Below are positions 10,848 to 24,206 of a DNA stretch of 64,000 nucleotides, piece by piece. Origin of the DNA: Gekko japonicus (lineage: Eukaryota). The stretch is from NCBI RefSeq assembly GCF_001447785.1, contig NW_015173141.1, forward strand, positions 1 to 64,000. The letters are read 5' to 3'. The translations under genes and the position numbers were made by a program. The notes beneath the pieces were generated by a model, which saw only the letters and a list, made by a program, of their open reading frames with translations, was not told the DNA's origin and did not search any database. Numbering within the stretch: position 1 is the first letter of the stretch; each line of letters starts with the position of its first letter.

Positions 10848-12565
10848 GTCTGTTGCAGACTTAATGAGAATGGATGTGGTTCAGAGCAAAACAGACTTTT
10901 AATTTTCACAAAGTTCCATTAAAATGACCTCACATCCTGCACCATAAGTGGGGGGGTTACATTCCTCAGGAGAGCATTTCTTTTCCCTCCCTCCCTGATG
11001 CCCTTTTTTTTGTTCCTTGTACTGAATATCTAGCCTGTTGAAGAGTTTGGGAACTTGAAGTTTACATACTGTTTTCAATATTTTAATTGATCTCAACAAA
11101 AAGTATCAGAGATGCTGTGAATTTTGCAGAAGTGTGATCGATGTTCAAAGCCCACTCCTTTCCCCATTAGTTTTGCAAGGCTCTCCTTGCAGAGAATTGA
11201 GGAAACCATGCAGATTCTCAGGAGGGCATGTGTGTTTCAATGCAAAGACTAGTAGGAGTGGGTAAGTGAAAGCAAGGGGGGGTCCTGTATGCAAGGAAAT
11301 GTTGCAGGGGGTTGCAGGCGAAAGAAACGTTGCAGGAAAAAGAAAATAAATGTGGGGGCTAATGAGAGTAGCCATGAACTGGACAGTGGGGGGAAGTGAT
11401 CAGTAGAGAAGCTACAGACACAGTCATAAGGAGGATCTGTGTAATTCGTTTCCACCAACATTGGTCCATGCAGATTAGGAACAGAGATTAAACCTGGGAC
11501 GTCCTAGGTGCAAAGCAAAGGCTCAGCCATGGAGCCACAGACTGTCCCCTATTGCTGTACAACAAAATCAGGATGTTCAGCATGTGTAACTGACAAATGA
11601 AGTCAAATCTGCAACACTTTGTATTATACAGCCATTGATTATGTTATTGGATATATAGAAATTGCATTACAAAAGACTTAGAGACTTGGTCAGCATTAAA
11701 ATTGGATTTTAATGATATATAGATAGTTCTTAGAGTTATTGAATAAGTAGTCTTGGCATTCTCTTCATTTGTCTGTCCCCTATTGTTAGCTTTCCCACAT
11801 TTAAGGCAGAGTTCCTCTGAACATGGAGGTTTTGCATATCTTAGAGATATGGGCATTAATACAAGGTGTTGCAGATATTGTGACCTTTTATGTGTATTTA
11901 TAGTTCTGAATATGCTGCTTCCTCTATAAATGATGTAACTGGAATAAATTGAATTATTGTACATAATATTTTACATACATAATGGCTTACCCACAAGAAA
12001 AAAAAATATGCCCCACAAGCTACAAAATCCTGCTTTCAGCTGGTAGCTTTTGTACTTCTGCAGTCAGCAAACAGAACTATCTGCATATCCAGTAAAGACA
12101 CACATCCTAAAGCATCATGGTCAAGTGATATACTGTTTGAGCACAGACCACTCACAGTTCATTGTATTTTGGCACCTAGATAGCCAGGTACATTATTTAA
12201 ATGAACTGTTTGTCATTTTTCATTGACAAACACCAGATCGTGCAGACATGATGGGCCAAGAATACAGAGATAACATACAGTTTGAGACACCCCCTTTGTT
12301 AGTCATGAACGTTTTAAACAGTAAGAATTTTGTGGCCAGTGGGCAGGGGGAGCTGGGGGGGGGGAACTACAGTTCCCATGAGGCAGTATGAGAAAATTGT
12401 TTCCACGTCTGAACTGTTCACCTTTACTAGTAACAAATGCTGAATGGGTAACTGTAAAAGACAGAGGAAGAGACTTCACATTTGTAAATCACTAACTGTG
12501 AGATGTGAATGTTTAAATAAATCAAAGAATGCAGGGAACTTTTGAAATATAAATAAAAACAAAGC

Positions 12566-13439
12566 ATGGCGGGGCAGAGAAGGCCGCCCGAGAAGCAGCT
12601 GAAGAAGACGGGCGGGACTTCCTGTCCAAGCCCTTCCCCTGCTGTCAATCAACAAGAGGGTGAACTTTTGAGCCATCTGCTGGAGGAACTGCAAAAAATT
12701 AACCAGAAGCTGGATAGTATGGAAAGTGCTTACACTGTGCAGCAGAAAAAGATGACAGAGACAGCTGACAAGGTAGATGATATTGCAAAGAAATGTTTGG
12801 CATCAACGGAAGAGATACAGAAAGTTAAGAAAAAGGTCATTAAAGTGGAAAAGTACCGACAGGATAATAAACTGTTATTGCTTCAAATGGAGAAAGCAAA
12901 CTTGAGTCTTCGATTCCAGGGTTTGAAGGAAGAGGAAAAAGAGAACCTCAGAGACATTTTGGCAACAGCTTTAGCACCACTGACCGGCAATCAAGCGGAA
13001 AAAATAAAAGAGGAGAAAGAAAAATAAATTGCCTGCAGAAGTGGTAGTGAAATTTACAAAGCAACATCTCAGAGATCAGATTTTAAAAGCAGCTTCGGCA
13101 ACACCCTTGAACATTGGAGATCGACCGATAAGAATTTTGAAAGATGTTTCATTTGAAATCAGAATGAAGAGAAAAAAATATAAAGGGTTGACCATGTTCT
13201 TACAAAATCATCAAGTGAGTTACAGATGGTTGGTGCCAGAAGGACTGGTCTTTAAATTTAAAGACAAAAGAAAAAAGATAGACTCTATCTTTAAAGCTCA
13301 AGACTTTTTGAAGAGGCACGCCATTTCAGAAGAAGAAGCAGAACTTGCCAAGTGGATGTCGGGAAACAGCAAAGAAGACAGCAGTTCTGAGGGAGAGGTG
13401 AAGGATGAGGAAGACAAAGGAGCGACTGGCACAAAGTAA
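12566..13439 (+). pseudogene. L1-clade ORF1p (coiled coil, partial RRM, CTD), broken at ~13027; no ORF2 follows
   Basis: Coiled coil, then LSLRFQGLKEEEKENLRD, EVVVKF...RDQILK, IRILKDVS, SYRWLVPEGLVF. Confidence 0.75.
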
Positions 13440-13876
13440 AGTATAACTTGAGATATAAAAAAGGGAAAGGCCCCAAGAATTAACTGTTTTGGATTATACT
13501 GTAAAAGTAATTCTAACCCCAAAAGGACATTACTAACATATTAACTATTTTTTTTGAAAACTAAAGAAGAAAAAGAAGATCACCTATTCACAGGAAAAAA
13601 ACTTTAACTTTAACTTTAAATTTGAAAAGTTTAATTTACTAATATTTAACATCACTCAACTCTTTTCTCTATCCCTCTATATTCCCTCCCTATGTTTCTA
13701 AGTAAACTAAAATTCTCTCCTTTTTAGGAGAGGGAAATAAAATTTAAAAATGCAGGAAACAATAGGCAGAGATAGAAGGAGGCAACAGTTGATAGTGAAG
13801 GAAGAAAGCCATAGGGAAGCAAAATGAGAACATGAATGTGCTGTCAGCTTTTCTGCACACTCAAGTGTATATGAGC

Positions 13877-15260
13877 TGTCAGTCAGTCAGTACCTTTATT
13901 GGCATAAATTAAAATCAAACAAAACTGGTATTTAAATATACAGAGTACAATCAAAATCAATCATCTCTCCAAAACTTTAGTCTTATATTCCCTGATTCTC
14001 GTAGCAATCAGAAGAAGCCTTGCTACTGAGAGGGTGATATGGGAACACTGATCCAATAAAAGAAGGGAAACAAGCCTGGCTTCTGGGAGGCTATGCCTGT
14101 TATGCAAAATAGGGCTAATTAAGACATCGAAGCAAAATATGAGCAATTGATTCTGGTTTCCTACTACTGCATGGGCAGATTATTTCGTGGTAAGGCAGAT
14201 TCGCAAATCTCCCATGAATAAGTGCTGATGGGAAGACATTACATCATACGAGCATAAAGGCACAATATAATTATGGGGCTGTAAGCTGTGTAAAATAGGC
14301 AGCTGAAAGCCCCTGTCTCAGTGTTATAGTAAACTGCAGAGGGGAACAGGTTTTACCTGCAAGAGACCAGAGGGTTTGTTTCTATGTCGAGGAGTCCCTG
14401 TTTCAAGCATCTAAATATTTGCTGTTCATGTAACATAAAAAGGGAGCTCCTCAAGACAGAATGAAACCAGTTAGATCAAAATGAATCCAAAAGCATCAGG
14501 GATATGTAACTACTAGGCTCTGTCCTGTATTGGAGGTGTAACCAAAATTTCAGTGTTGAGAGCCCAAGTCTCTTGACCCAAGTCTCCAGGCACATGGCTG
14601 CATAGCCTACACAGCTTGGAACCCCAAGGATAGACCGCAAAAATATGCCCTGGATCTGCTCAACATGTGAATTAAATTAGTCGATCCAAATAGGGATACC
14701 ATAAAGGAATTGGGATACAAATTTGGCATTGAAAACTCTCACAGCTGCGGGGACAAATTGGTACCTCTTCACATAAAAAAAAACACACCTAGTGATCACA
14801 AACAAACTACTTTTGGCCATTTTAATGCTTGTTTCCTCTGGGCTGTCCAGTTGCTGTTATACTGGAAGAGGACTCCCAAGTATTTAAAATATTTAACTTG
14901 CTCTATTGGGTTGCCATTAGTGACCCAATTAAGGCACCTCCGACTTTGAAAACACCAGAATTTTTTATTTTTTGAAGTTAACAGATAGAAGGTTGGTCTC
15001 AGAGTAAGATGTAAAAGTAAGTAGGAGGTGCTTGAGACCTTTTTGGGTGTGGGATAATACAACAGCATCTTCCACATAGTAAGGGGACTGCTTGAGGGTC
15101 AAGTTTAGGGAAGTGGTCATCAACTACACGTAAAGTAGAATCTAGGTCATTTAAAAATAGATTGAATAAATAGGGAGCCAAGATGCAACCTTGGGCTGGG
15201 CTGATCTCAATTTGTGGAAGACTTGCAAATTGAACCAGTGGGTGATCCACCCCTGTGCAT
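13877..15260 (-). mobile_element. 5'-truncated, degenerate non-LTR retrotransposon (RTEX-like) with (ACTG)n tail
   Basis: QGCILAPYLFNLFLNDL, IEQVKYFKYLG, C-terminal CPC/HILLRC remnant, AATAAA and tetranucleotide tail at 13877-13900. Confidence 0.7.
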
Positions 15261-15940
15261 TACATGCTTTTGTTTGTGGGATAAACCATTAAATTATTCT
15301 GGTGGTAAACAGGAAGAGACTGACTTGTTATGTATGACATTTTATTATTTATTTGTGGCATTTGTGGGTTGCTATTTTCCCCAAAGGGACCAAAAGCAGC
15401 TCAAAGAAAAATATCAAGATACAATTTAGCAAAAATAACAATGGAAACCGACCCTGGGCTGGCCCTGATCACTGAAGCCACCTGACACAGGCCTGACCAA
15501 ACTAAGAAGCAAGAACCAAGAACTTTGGCTCCTGTCATTTGGCCCATGCCTCTGGTCCCACCCAAGCTATTAATACTTGCAAGGAGAAGAAGACAAACTT
15601 AGTCCAGATAGATGCTGCTAACATGAAGATTTTATGGATTCTCATTTCCCTTGTTTGTGTGTTCCTGTTGCTTTGGGAGGGTTTTTTGTTCTGTATGTGT
15701 TTTGCTCCCTCTCGTGGTTTATTAAATATTACATTTCTTTATGTCTGGCATATCTCCCTGCAGATTTAAATTGAGGTTTTATGCTAGACATAAATCAATC
15801 TAATATCAAGTTGACCACTAGAGACAGAAAAACACATGTGGAACACAAAAAAACCATGAAGCTAACTAACTATGAAGGAACTAACAACTGAGGAAAATGT
15901 GAATGTGGAAAAGCCCATGCTTCCATCAAGTAAGCAAAAT

Positions 15941-16340
15941 ATAGAATCATAGAATGTTAGAATTGGAAGGGACTTTGCAGGTCATATAATTCAACCCCCT
16001 GCACTCTGCAGGAGCATAGCCGAAAGATAGCCCTACAACATACCCGAAAGATGGTCGTCCAGCCTCCGCTTGAAAACGTCCAGCAAAGGATCATCCACCA
16101 CCTCCCGAGGCAGACTGTTCCACTGCTCAGCCACTCTTACAGTTAGGAAGTTTCTCCTGATATTTAGCCGGTAACAACTCCCTTGTAATTTCCACCCATT
16201 AGATCTAGTCTTGCAATCCGGAGCAAGAGAGAATAGATCTGCTCCATCTTCTAAATGACAGCCCTTCAAATACTTGAAGACTGCAATCATGTCCCCTCTA
16301 AGCCTTCTCTTTCCCAGGCTAAACATACCCAACTCTTTCA
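15941..16340 (-). mobile_element. CR1 LINE 3' fragment
   Basis: FSLGKRRLRGDMIAVFKYLKG...RNFLTVRVAEQWNSLP...FKRRLD and (ATTCTATG) tail. Confidence 0.92.
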
Positions 16341-16465
16341 GTCCTGAATGAAAGCTGAATTAAATAAAAACAGTCCTGAATTAAAGCTAATTCACACTGA
16401 AGAATTTCTCCTTGGGAGAGTGGATCTACATAAATTGAATGTTTGGCATGCAATACACCATAAAG

Positions 16466-17639
16466 CAGGAGCCTTCAGAGGGCCCCAATCCATCCCTCAA
16501 GGACCTGGCTGTTTCCTGCTTCCTTTTCCAGTTCTGCTGCTGCTACCACATAACAGCTTGCTTTACCAGTCTCTCTCAATCGACCAGGAGAGATAGACAG
16601 GCAAGCCTCTTCTGTGTAATTAAGACAATCTGGTAAAGAACTGACTGAAGCTTCTCCCCCTCCTCCTCCCAGGGTGAGGAAGGGAACAGCCAGAATTTTC
16701 TTCCTGGCCAGGTTGCAGGAGAAAGGGGAAGGAAGCCTTTCCTTCCTTCCACTGGCTAAGGCTCCTCCCTGAAGGGAGGGAGGGAACAAGGGAGAGCTTG
16801 CTTTGCTGGGCTCAATAGCACAGGAGAAATATCAAGCACCTTTAAGGCCAAAAAAGTTTCATTCAAGGTATGAGCTTTTGTGTGCCTTGCTACAGTGTGT
16901 GTGTGTTTTGTTGGGCTCTTTATGCCAGGGGTCTCCTGGGTGCAACTGGGTTCCCTCCCCCTTTTCACTGTATTCATGCCCTCATGATCCAGTCTTTCTC
17001 AGTAAGAAAGCAATGTGAACTATTTTAGAGGAGGAATAACAAGTCAGTGCGGTGGGTTAGGCTGAGAGTGTGTGTCCAAACCACGTTCACCCAGCACATT
17101 TCCTTTATAGGAAGTTGCAGTTACTTCTCTGGGGAAGACTACAGTTTTGTAGACAAACACATAGCCCTCAGTCTGTGTCAAGATACCTTCTCATGTTCTT
17201 GACCAGCACATGAAGCAACTTATGTACAAAGGGTTGCAAAGCCCAGCCATTTCATATTTTCCCCTGGGTCCTAGGCTCAGAACACTGAGCATGAGATTCC
17301 TGTAATGAAAGTCAGTAAATCACAAGTAGGTTTGCAGCTTACAGATACACACCAGAACATCATATTCAAAATTACTACAGCACAGACATTTTGATGCAAT
17401 AATTCAGAGCAAGAGGTGTCAGTTAATAGAGACAAACAGACAAATATTGCAAGAGTGCTAGTGTTTTAAGCATGTTTTATTTAAAGTTTAAAAAATCTTT
17501 AACTGTGTTTGTCTGGGTCCTTTCTAAAGTTTATATCGCTGCTATTTGGCATTGCATTTTACAACACACATGGCCCGGCCCAACAAGGTCTCATTTATGT
17601 CAGATCAGGCCCTCATAACAAATGAGTTTGCCATCTCTG
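16466..17639 (-). mobile_element. Non-autonomous hAT (Charlie-like) element, copy A
   Basis: Perfect 8-bp TSD CCATAAAG (16458-16465, 17640-17647). Inverted homolog of 20797-22353. Confidence 0.85.
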
Positions 17640-18465
17640 CCATAAAGGCTCCCCAACTTGGCCCCAAGATATATATTTATTCATTCATGCATGCATGCAT
17701 TTATTTATACAGAATATCCCCTGCTCTGAAGACTTTACAATTTAAACATTCAAAATAGGGAATGCAACAAAGAGGAATGTGGAAGATGGAGTGAAGGTAG
17801 CAGGGGAAGAATATGTTTCCAGTTCCATTTACTAGGTGATGAAAATTAAAGGAGTATGTAGAAACAAGTCATTCCCTGGGACCAAAGAGTTCTGAGATAA
17901 ATCTCCCGAAGTCTGGGTGACTAGAGCTGAAAAGCTAGGAAGCCAAAGAAACTTTGAAAGAGGGGCATAGAAAATTTCAGTGTTCAAGAGTGGCAACAAG
18001 ATCATGGAACAAGGGAGAGGGAGGAAGAAAACTAGTCAAAGTTCAGAAGTTCATTTTTGGGTCTCTTGCATGAACTGCCTGGAAATGCAAGGACTTATAC
18101 ATAAATAGACTAAAAAGTTGATACTTAAGTAGCTGCTTCCTTAAGCAACTCACACAACATAGGAACAGGAGCTGTGATAAGAAATCACACCAGAGCTAGC
18201 TAAGATGGCAAAACTTGCTCAAAAGTTTGCACAATGTTTTACATCAATCTGAATGGCCCTAATAAAAGATATAGCATGGACTTCATTCTTGTTTTTGGAT
18301 TTTGCATGGGCTGTACAACTCCTAAAACCTTGCTTTAGCCATTGCTGAGTATTTACCTGCCCACATGCAAAGAATCCTATCACAAGACAACATTCTGAAA
18401 GAAGATTCCAGACATAATGGGCAGCAAGGAGGGGGAAATGTTTTTAAATGCATATATACATATAA

Positions 18466-18692
18466 GTAGAATTGCGAACTCCAAGTTGGGAAATTCCTGG
18501 AGATTTGGGGGCAGAACCCGGGGAGGAAGGAGTTTGGTTAGGGAAAGGAGCTTAGCAGCAAAGTGATCCCCTAGACTGAGTCTACCATCCAAAGGTGCCA
18601 TTTTCTCCAAGGCAAATGATCTTTGCAGTGTGGAGATCAGTTGTAATTTGGGAGGGGGAGCACTAGGCCCCTCTGGTGATTGGCCACCCTCC
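18466..18692. mobile_element. Old MITE-like repeat (tagggttgccaa-type ends)
   Basis: Degenerate ends tagaattgcgaac / gattggccaccct and body gggaaattcctggagatttggggg. Confidence 0.45.
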
Positions 18693-19288
18693 AAATAAGG
18701 TGTGAAACAGTTGGCTGTAGTGACAGAAGTTCTGAACTCAGGCCTAATAACCCCAATTTCACTCAGCTGTGCCACTTGCAAGCTGGGAAATTTGTATATA
18801 CACCAGAATTGGAGCAATTATTAGTGTATGGAGAAGAAAATCAAACCAAGATTTGTTTGTGAAAGCACAATGTAGAGAGCAGGCCGCATGGCAGCAGTAG
18901 TAAGGTACCATTCTGTGATTGTTATAAATATTGTGAGGTAGAATATCCATTTCAGCTCTTAACCTTTTGATCAGTCATGGAAAATTGAGTGTTTAAGGAC
19001 CGGTGAAGGGCAGCCAAGCTTGAATGCTATAATAGGCAAATGCATCACCTAAGCTGTGCTTCAATCTCTGAATGATTATGCTGAAGGTTTAGAGTGCCAC
19101 CTTCACTTCCCAGTTCATCATGGAGGCAATGAGTGAAGGCCTATCAGCTTAGTTTCTTAATGCATTTCTGAGCATGTGACCAGAACACAAAAAGATCTGG
19201 ATTAGAAAGGGTAACAGGGGTTGCCAACTGGAAATTAAAAATGGGACTGCATTGAAGCATGCACATTATTGTTATGTACAGACTTACA

Positions 19289-19703
19289 CAGGGGTCATTT
19301 CGTAGAAAAAGAGGTGCAGGAGCTCATTAGCATAACTCATCAGCATAATTTATTTGCATATGCCACACACCCTGACATCACCGGAAGTGTGTCAGAAGGC
19401 AACACCCACCGCTCAGGCTCCACTGGACTGTTTTGGATTGCTAGCTGTTGGGGGGGGAGACATGCAGATCTGTCCTCACCAAGGAGGGAGAGGTTGTACC
19501 TGAATAAAACTTGGTCTTAAAGGTGCCACTGGAGTGTTTTGGACCGGGGGGGTGGGAGGGGGCTCTGCAACTTACCTGGCTGCTTCTTGCTCGAACTGAG
19601 GGCTGCTGGGAGCAGGGGGCGGGGCTTGTTGCATGTGCCCACCCCCTGGGCTCTTTACTGCTGGAGCTCTGCTCCTGTGCGCTCCTGCAGGAAATGACCC
19701 CTG
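19289..19703. mobile_element. hAT MITE (caggggtcattt TIR), copy 1
   Basis: TIR caggggtcatttc / gaaatgacccctg, TSD GACTTACA/GACTTACC. Confidence 0.88.
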
Positions 19704-20510
19704 GACTTACCGTAAGTGATAAACACACCCACTACATAAAGGGTACCCTAGCTTTTTTGTTAAGCCCTTTTAATGAGGACTTCACACACACTTTGAATCC
19801 TCAGCACGGCTCAGTAGATGACGTTCTTCAACCTGGCATGAGGATGTTTTCCACAAACTCGTGTCATTTCCCCATTGCTACTGAGGCTGCTGATACAGCG
19901 CAGCAGCAAAAAGGCTTCCAAAAGGCAGGTTTCCCCATAGTTTCTCTGCTCCAATCCCCCAACAGCAGCCACTGCCACACTGTTGCCACAGGGCTTTCCC
20001 CCCAGTTTTTATTCATTGGAAACTGAATTCTCATTATATGGGTATAACATTATAACTGTTTATCAGGCTCTCTAAATTCCCAGCTTTCATTTTTTTAAAA
20101 AAAGAAAAACTCTAGCCTCTTTCATAAGAGATATGCCTTTTGCCCTATGTCTCTGCAACAAAAGAGGCTAGAGGTTTTTAAAATGAAAGCTGTGCATTTA
20201 TAGAACTTGTTTCACTTGTAATAATGGTATATCCATATAATTATATGAAATTGTTTATTTTTTTAAAGGCTCCCAGTGGTGGGAGAAAAGAAATGGCCAT
20301 TGCAGGACCAGGGTTGAGAAAAATGGCTACCATGTGGGTGAGAAAATCCAGAAATTTTTCCAATTTCTTCCTTTCTTCTACAGCAATATGCAAAATCCAT
20401 GAGTTCCAGTTCACCCGTCTTTTACAAGACAGATGCAGAAGGACCTCTGAATACCTCTAAATCAAATCCATAAACCAGTGGTGCCAGAAAACTTAGATTT
20501 GATATTGTAG

Positions 20511-20790
20511 AGAGCCAGTTTGGTGTAGCGGTTAAGTGTGCGGACTCTGATCTGGGAGAACCGGGTTTGATTCCCCACTCCTCCACTTGCACCTGCTGAT
20601 GTGACCTTGGGTCAGTCACAAGCTCTGGCACAGCTGTTCCTGAAAGAGCAGTTTGTGTCAAGAGCTCTCTCAGCCCCACCTACTTCACACGGTGTCTGTT
20701 GTGAGGAGGGGAAGGGAAAGGAGTTTGTAAGCCGCTCTGAGACTCCAAGTGAAGGGCGGGGTATAAATCCAATCTCTTCTTCCTCTTCTT
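20511..20790 (+). mobile_element. tRNA-derived squamate SINE
   Basis: Same family as 1691-1980, with A/B boxes and TCT tail. Confidence 0.88.
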
Positions 20791-20796
20791 CTAGAT

Positions 20797-22353
20797 CAGG
20801 GGTATCGAACTCATTTGTAATGAGGGCTGGATCTGACATAAATGAGACCTTGTTGGGCTGGGCCATGTGTGCCATAAAATGTAATGCCAGGTAGTGAAGA
20901 TATAAACTTTATAAAGGACACAGACAAACACAGTTTAAAAATTTAAACTTTAAATAAAACATGCTTAAAACACTAGCATTCTTGCAATATTTTGTCTATT
21001 TAACAGTATCTGATAACTGACACCTCTTGCTCTGAATTATTGCATCAAAATTTCTGTGCTGTAGCAATCTTGAGTATTTGTTCAGGTGCATATCTGTGAG
21101 CTGCAAACCTACTTTTGGTTAATTGACATTCATTACAGAAATCTCATGCTCAGTGTTCTGAGCCTAGGACACAGGGGAAAACATGAAATGGCTGGACATT
21201 GCAACTTTTTGTACATAAGTTGCTTCATGTGCTGGTCAAGAACATGAGAAGGCATCCTGACCCAGACTGAGGGCTATGTATTTGTCTACAAAATTATAGT
21301 CTTTCCCAGAGAAATAACTACAACTTCCTGCAAACGAAATGTGCTGGGTGAACTTGGTCTAGACACACACTCTCAGCCTAACCCACCCCACTGGCTTGTT
21401 GTCATTTCTCCTCTAAAATAGTTCACATTGCTTTCTTACTGAGAAAGACTGGATCATGAGGGCATGAATACAGTGAAAAGGGGGAGGTGTTAGCTGAATT
21501 GCTTTATTTACAGCAACTGGCAATTTATAAATGGGTTCTTGCCAATGTATACCAAGGTCCTGACCCCACCTTGGGTGACCAGCAAAGGATTCTGAGGCTG
21601 TTGTAGTTAAAATAGATGTCTTTTACTAGAAATATATCTGCAGGAGGCAAAGGGAGGCCAGGAAACTCAAACGGGCCCAAATTTGAGGGGTTGCCAACTC
21701 TCCAGGGGGCACCCAAACATTGAGATATCCACTTTCCCGGGTTGGGGAATCGGCCAGAGGGGTCTCACTGTCCCTCTAGAAAGGTGGTGTCAATTCAGTG
21801 AGTGGTTGCAGTGACAGAGGAAGGAGATGGCCCCACCAGGCATGGTGGGCAGGTGAAAACAGGGGCTTTCATGCCACAGAACGGCTGCTCAGTCTCCCAG
21901 AGCTGAGGGCGGGTCCCCATTTTGTCACACCTTGAACAAAACTTTGTTGGTCTTAAAGGTGCTTGGTATTTCTCCCGTGCATTTGAGGCAGCCCAGTAAA
22001 GGAAGTTGCCCCTCATTCCCTCCCTCCCTTCAGGGAGGAACCTCAGCCAGTGGAAGGAAAGAAAGGCTTCACTTTGTCTCCTGCAGCCTGTCCAGGAAGC
22101 AAGCTCTGGCTGTTCCCTCTCTCCCCCTGGGAGAAGGAGGGGGGAGAGCCTCAGCTAGTTCTTTACCAGACTTTCTCAATCACACAGGAGAGGCTTGCCT
22201 ATCTATCTCTCCTGTGCGACTGAGAGACTGGTAAAGCAAGCTGTTACTTGGTGGTGGCAGCAAAAAAACTGGAAAAGGAAGCAGGAAACAGCCAGGGCCT
22301 TACAGGCCAGATTGGGGCCCTCTGAGGGCCTGATCTGAGGTTTGACACCCCTC
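20797..22353 (+). mobile_element. Non-autonomous hAT (Charlie-like) element, copy B, with ~440-bp insert at 21488-21929
   Basis: TIR caggggtatcgaac / gtttgacacccctc, flanks ttctagat / gtttagat, homologous to 16466-17639. Confidence 0.85.
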
Positions 22354-22923
22354 GTTTAGATTCACCATTCCTGGCATTGCATGATGATCCATGAATGGAT
22401 CATAGTGGGCCCAGATTCTTACGGAAGAAAAGAGGAGAAATTTCTAAGTTTTCACCTATGGAGTGATGGCTATTGCAAAAAGTGGGTGGGGGGGAGTGTG
22501 TACATTAAAAATAAATTGAAAAATAAATCTTAGTTCCAGTTAGTTGGAAGCATAGTGATCAAAAAGTTTCTAACTGAGTAATCAAACGGATTAATCAATT
22601 AAACGTTACCATTAAGATTTTAGGGTCACAACAGGCACACTTGAACTGCCTAGCTTGAATGTACTGTTATATGAAAACCCAATTTAAGCCCCATTTAATG
22701 GGTTGGATCCAGCACAATTTTTTCACTCAGTCTCAGCCCCCTTCTCCCTTCTTTCAACACGGAAACGCTGGTTGCATTCAGCCCAATATTTAACAGCAGG
22801 TGATGCAAATATCCTTCTGCAGTTAGAGAAATGTTTAAAATATACATAACTACAGCTATGAATCCATATGCCAAATGACCCAATAGATATACTGCTGAAT
22901 CTTCTTCAGTCATAACCGATTAC

Positions 22924-22965
22924 CTGTAGCATCCCATCCAGCACTAATATTTTAATGCAAGATGG
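22924..22965 (-). other. Candidate 42-nt host exon
   Basis: Minus strand tactgac..gttctcccAG|...GCTACAG|GTaatc. Splice signals only. Confidence 0.25.
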
Positions 22966-23504
22966 CTGGGAGAACACAGTCAGTAACAAAGTTCACACTA
23001 GTGTTTCTTTTTCCTTTCACTGGTTTGTCATTATTATTGGGATAAGAAGCCCATTGAAGAGTGTTAAGTACATTACTGCTTAATCAATCCAAGATAGTAT
23101 GCTTGTATGTGAGTAAGCTACAAGTGGTTTTGCCTAAGAGCAGAAGATTAGCCTACAAATTCATTCTACTGAGATCAGCCCATTACATTTGGAAAAGTTT
23201 AGAAAGCTAATGGCATCCTGGAATACAGGCTGCTGAACATCAATAGCTAATGTTCTCTAAACTACTGATATTCACAGGCTGTTCTATAAAATCAAGCTGA
23301 TTGATATATTCAGAATAACTACGCCATTAGGCACGTACTACCTCAGGCTATAGGTGCCTGCTTTATGTAATAAACTTCCTGTCCTTAGGAAACTAGCATA
23401 TCAGGATAAAGGGTCTATCTTAGCCCTCCCTTTGATATGCTAGATTATTACTTCTTTCTAATTGTTTCTGTGGAGGACTATTCATATAAACAAGCCCTAC
23501 CTGC

Positions 23505-23730
23505 AGAATGAACTAGTGGTTATAGTGTTGAACTATGGTATGAGAGAACCCATCCCCACTATGCCACGGAAGCTTTCTGGGTGATGTTGCACTAGTCACC
23601 CACCCTTAACCTAACCTACCTCACAGGACTCTTGCATGAAGATAAAATGGCAGGTGAGGAAGCAATGTTGTAAGCTGTGTCAAGCCCCATTTAGGATAGA
23701 CTTGTGGTAAAAATATATCTAAATAAAAAT
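23505..23730 (+). mobile_element. Older diverged tRNA-derived SINE
   Basis: tagtggttatagtgttgaacta...cctaacctacctcacagg...tgtaagc and A-rich tail. Confidence 0.6.
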
Positions 23731-23749
23731 ATTTATTGATATGGATAGA

Positions 23750-23945
23750 CCAGGCTAGCCCAATCTTGTCACATCTCAGAAGCTAAGCAGGGTCAGCCCC
23801 GGTCAGTATATGCATGGGAGAATGGGAGACCACCAAGGAATACCAGGGTCGCTACACTGAGGCAGGCATTGGCAAACCACCTCTGATCGTATCTTGCCTT
23901 GAAAACCCTACAGGGTCACCATAAGTTGGCTGCGACTTGATGGCA
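23750..23945 (+). mobile_element. 5S rRNA-derived SINE (5S-Sauria type)
   Basis: gcccaatcttgtcacatctcagaagctaagcagggtc...tgggagacc resembles 5S rRNA. Tail ggcaaaccacctctg..cttgccttgaaaacc. Confidence 0.8.
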
Positions 23946-24206
23946 TATGTAAATTGTGTGATTATTCCGATTCAGCTTTAAGGAAGATTTGGATGTCCTT
24001 GATTCAGAATTTGCAGGCTTATTGCTCCTTCCACCTCGGCTGTCTGGGATAATTAAGCCAGATAACAATGTAGTGGTATAAATGTCAGTGGACCCACCCA
24101 CTCCAAAAGGTTGGACATAATTTCAGTTTGCATTTGGAGCATTTTGACATTTCTTAATGGGCCATGGAGTATGACTAGTAAATAGGCAGCTGTGCATACA
24201 TACGTA

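Noticed and set aside
11644-11964. 106-aa minus-strand ORF
   Set aside because: AT-rich, with no recognisable homology or splice context
23750-23860. 5S rRNA gene
   Set aside because: Diverged and fused to a SINE tail
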